NCBI GenBank assembly: GCA_964016885.1
Contig: OZ024751.1
Span: 10,354,001 to 10,418,000 of the forward strand
DNA length: 64,000 bases
Direction: 5' to 3'
From: Eledone cirrhosa
Lineage: Eukaryota
Positions 62,372 to 64,000 of the stretch are shown here, piece after piece. Within the stretch, counting starts at the first letter, position 1. Each line of letters opens with the position of its first letter. The notes under the pieces were generated by a model. The model did not search any database and had not been told where the DNA came from. It saw only the letters and a list, made by a program, of their open reading frames with translations. Made by a program: the position numbers and the translations under genes.

Positions 62372-64000
62372 AAATTTCAAAGCATATTACTTGACGCTTT
62401 CGACAGTAAGGAAGAGCAATTAGAGTCGTATAATATAGAGGAACAGTGGGAATTCCTGAGAGCAAACCTGCTGACGGCGGCAGACGAAGTCTGTGGCTGG
62501 AGCAGGCCTGTAGGTAGGAGGAGAGTAACATGGTGGTGGAACAGTAAGGTGGAGGAGTCAATTAAGGCCAAAAAGCAGGCTTGGAAAGTATGGCGGGATG
62601 GGGGAAGTAGAGAAGACTATCAAGTGGCCAGGAGGGAAGCTAGGAGACAAGTGTACTTTGCAAGAAGGGAAGCATAGGAAAGAAAGTTCAAGCATGTTCT
62701 ACAACGTGAGGACCAAAAACGTGAGGTGTTCAGGATTGCCAGGCAATGTGTCAAGGAAAACCGTGATATTGTCGGGGAGAAGTGTGTACTTAACGATGAT
62801 GGCATACTTGCCATCACCGACGCTGATAAGAAGGTAGCTTGGAAGTGTCACTACGAAAGGCTTCTAAATGAGGAGAACAAATGGGAGAAAGACAGTCTCC
62901 CCCAGATCGATCCAATAGAGGGACCAGCAGTGTTAGTTGAAGGTAGTATAATAAGTAAGGCAATCAAAGATATGAAGACGGGTAAGGCGGCTGGGCCTTC
63001 GGAAATAGTTGCTGAGATGCTGAAGGCATCTGGTTCGGTGGGACACACCATGGTCACCCGGATAGTTAACCAAGTCGTACAGAATGGGGTTGTTCCGAAG
63101 GAATGGCGTAGCAGCATCATCGTTAACTGCTATAAGGGAAAAGGAGATGCCCTAGATAGGAGTAACTATAGAGGCATTAAATTAATCGACCAGGTCATGA
63201 AGGTCACGGAAAAAGTAATAGCGCAACTAATCAGAGAGAGAATTGATCTAGATGAAATGCAGTTCGGGTTTGTGTCAGGCAAAAGTACCACAGACGCTCT
63301 TTTCATTGTACGACAACTACAGGAGAAGTACCTAGCTAAAAGTAAACCCCTATACTTAGCTTTCGTCGACTTGGAGAAAGCCTTCGACAGAGTCCCCCGT
63401 TCCATTATCTGGTGGTCTCTTAGAAAACTAGGTGTTGACGAATGGCTTGTGAGAGCTATACAAGCCATGTATAAAGAAACAGTCAGTAAGGTTAGAATTA
63501 ACAACGAATATAGTGAAGAGTTTAGCGTAAAAGTTGGTGTCCATCAGGGCTCTGTTCTTAGCCCCCTACTATTTATTATTGCCCTTCAGGCTATAACAGA
63601 GGAGTTCAAGACCGGCTGCCCATGGGAACTCCTATACGCAGATGATCTAACGCTCATAGCTGAATCAATGACCGAACTAGAGAAGAAATTCCAAACGTGG
63701 AAGCACGGCCTAGAATCAAAAGGCCTTAAAATTAACCTGGCTAAGACTAAAGTTCTAGTTTGTAGGAAAGAAAATAAGGCGGCGGTCCCATCGGGGAAAT
63801 GGCCATGCTCAGTGTGTAGGAAAGGCGTAGGTAGAAACTCCATTTTATGTCCCAAATGCAAAGTATGGGTGCATAAAAGATGTAGTGGGATCACAGGTAA
63901 GCTAACTAAGAACATAGATTTTACATGTGGCCGGTGCTCTGGTGCAATAAGTAGCAGCAAGTGCCCACAAAATACTAGCTCCTTCAACTGCGCAGAGGGT
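62372..64000 (+). mobile_element. RTE-clade LINE, young 5'-truncated copy running off the window end
   Basis: Near-continuous frame (one TAG at 62675) with KAAGP, NYRGIKL, QFGF, FVDLEKAFDRV, GVHQGSVLSP, YADD and a Cys-rich finger. It directly follows a piggyBac MITE end at 62347. Confidence 0.93.

Overview
AT-rich, repeat-dense animal genomic DNA, most likely an octopus or other coleoid cephalopod (inferred from the tRNA/CORE-type SINEs, RTE/CR1 LINEs and microsatellite load). Almost all long ORFs in the supplied track are repeat artefacts. Reading splice signals on the minus strand reveals a hidden gene of at least 9 coding exons (47267->13374). Every junction is phase-consistent GT-AG, a TATA+Inr promoter precedes it, and it encodes at least 675 aa. 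The product is a secreted protein: a signal peptide plus two tandem 12-Cys DUF19-like domains, each encoded by a 4-exon module. A ~290-aa Tyr/Asp/Asn/Arg-rich low-complexity insert sits inside the first domain. The terminal exon is unresolved. Two probable 3' exons of a second minus-strand gene lie near 60-61.5 kb. Other notable structure: many Penelope-type hammerhead ribozyme motifs (three on the sense strand of the gene's introns); fold-back mini-elements centred on ribozyme helix II; two kb-scale (GGT/GTT)n and (ACC/AAC)n arrays in inverted orientation bracketing the promoter and exon 1; a minisatellite made of copies of a 3' splice site; a 5'-inverted Vingi-like LINE with a 12-bp TSD; and a piggyBac-type MITE nested in itself. 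Exon coordinates were counted by hand; repeat boundaries are approximate; no database searches were run.
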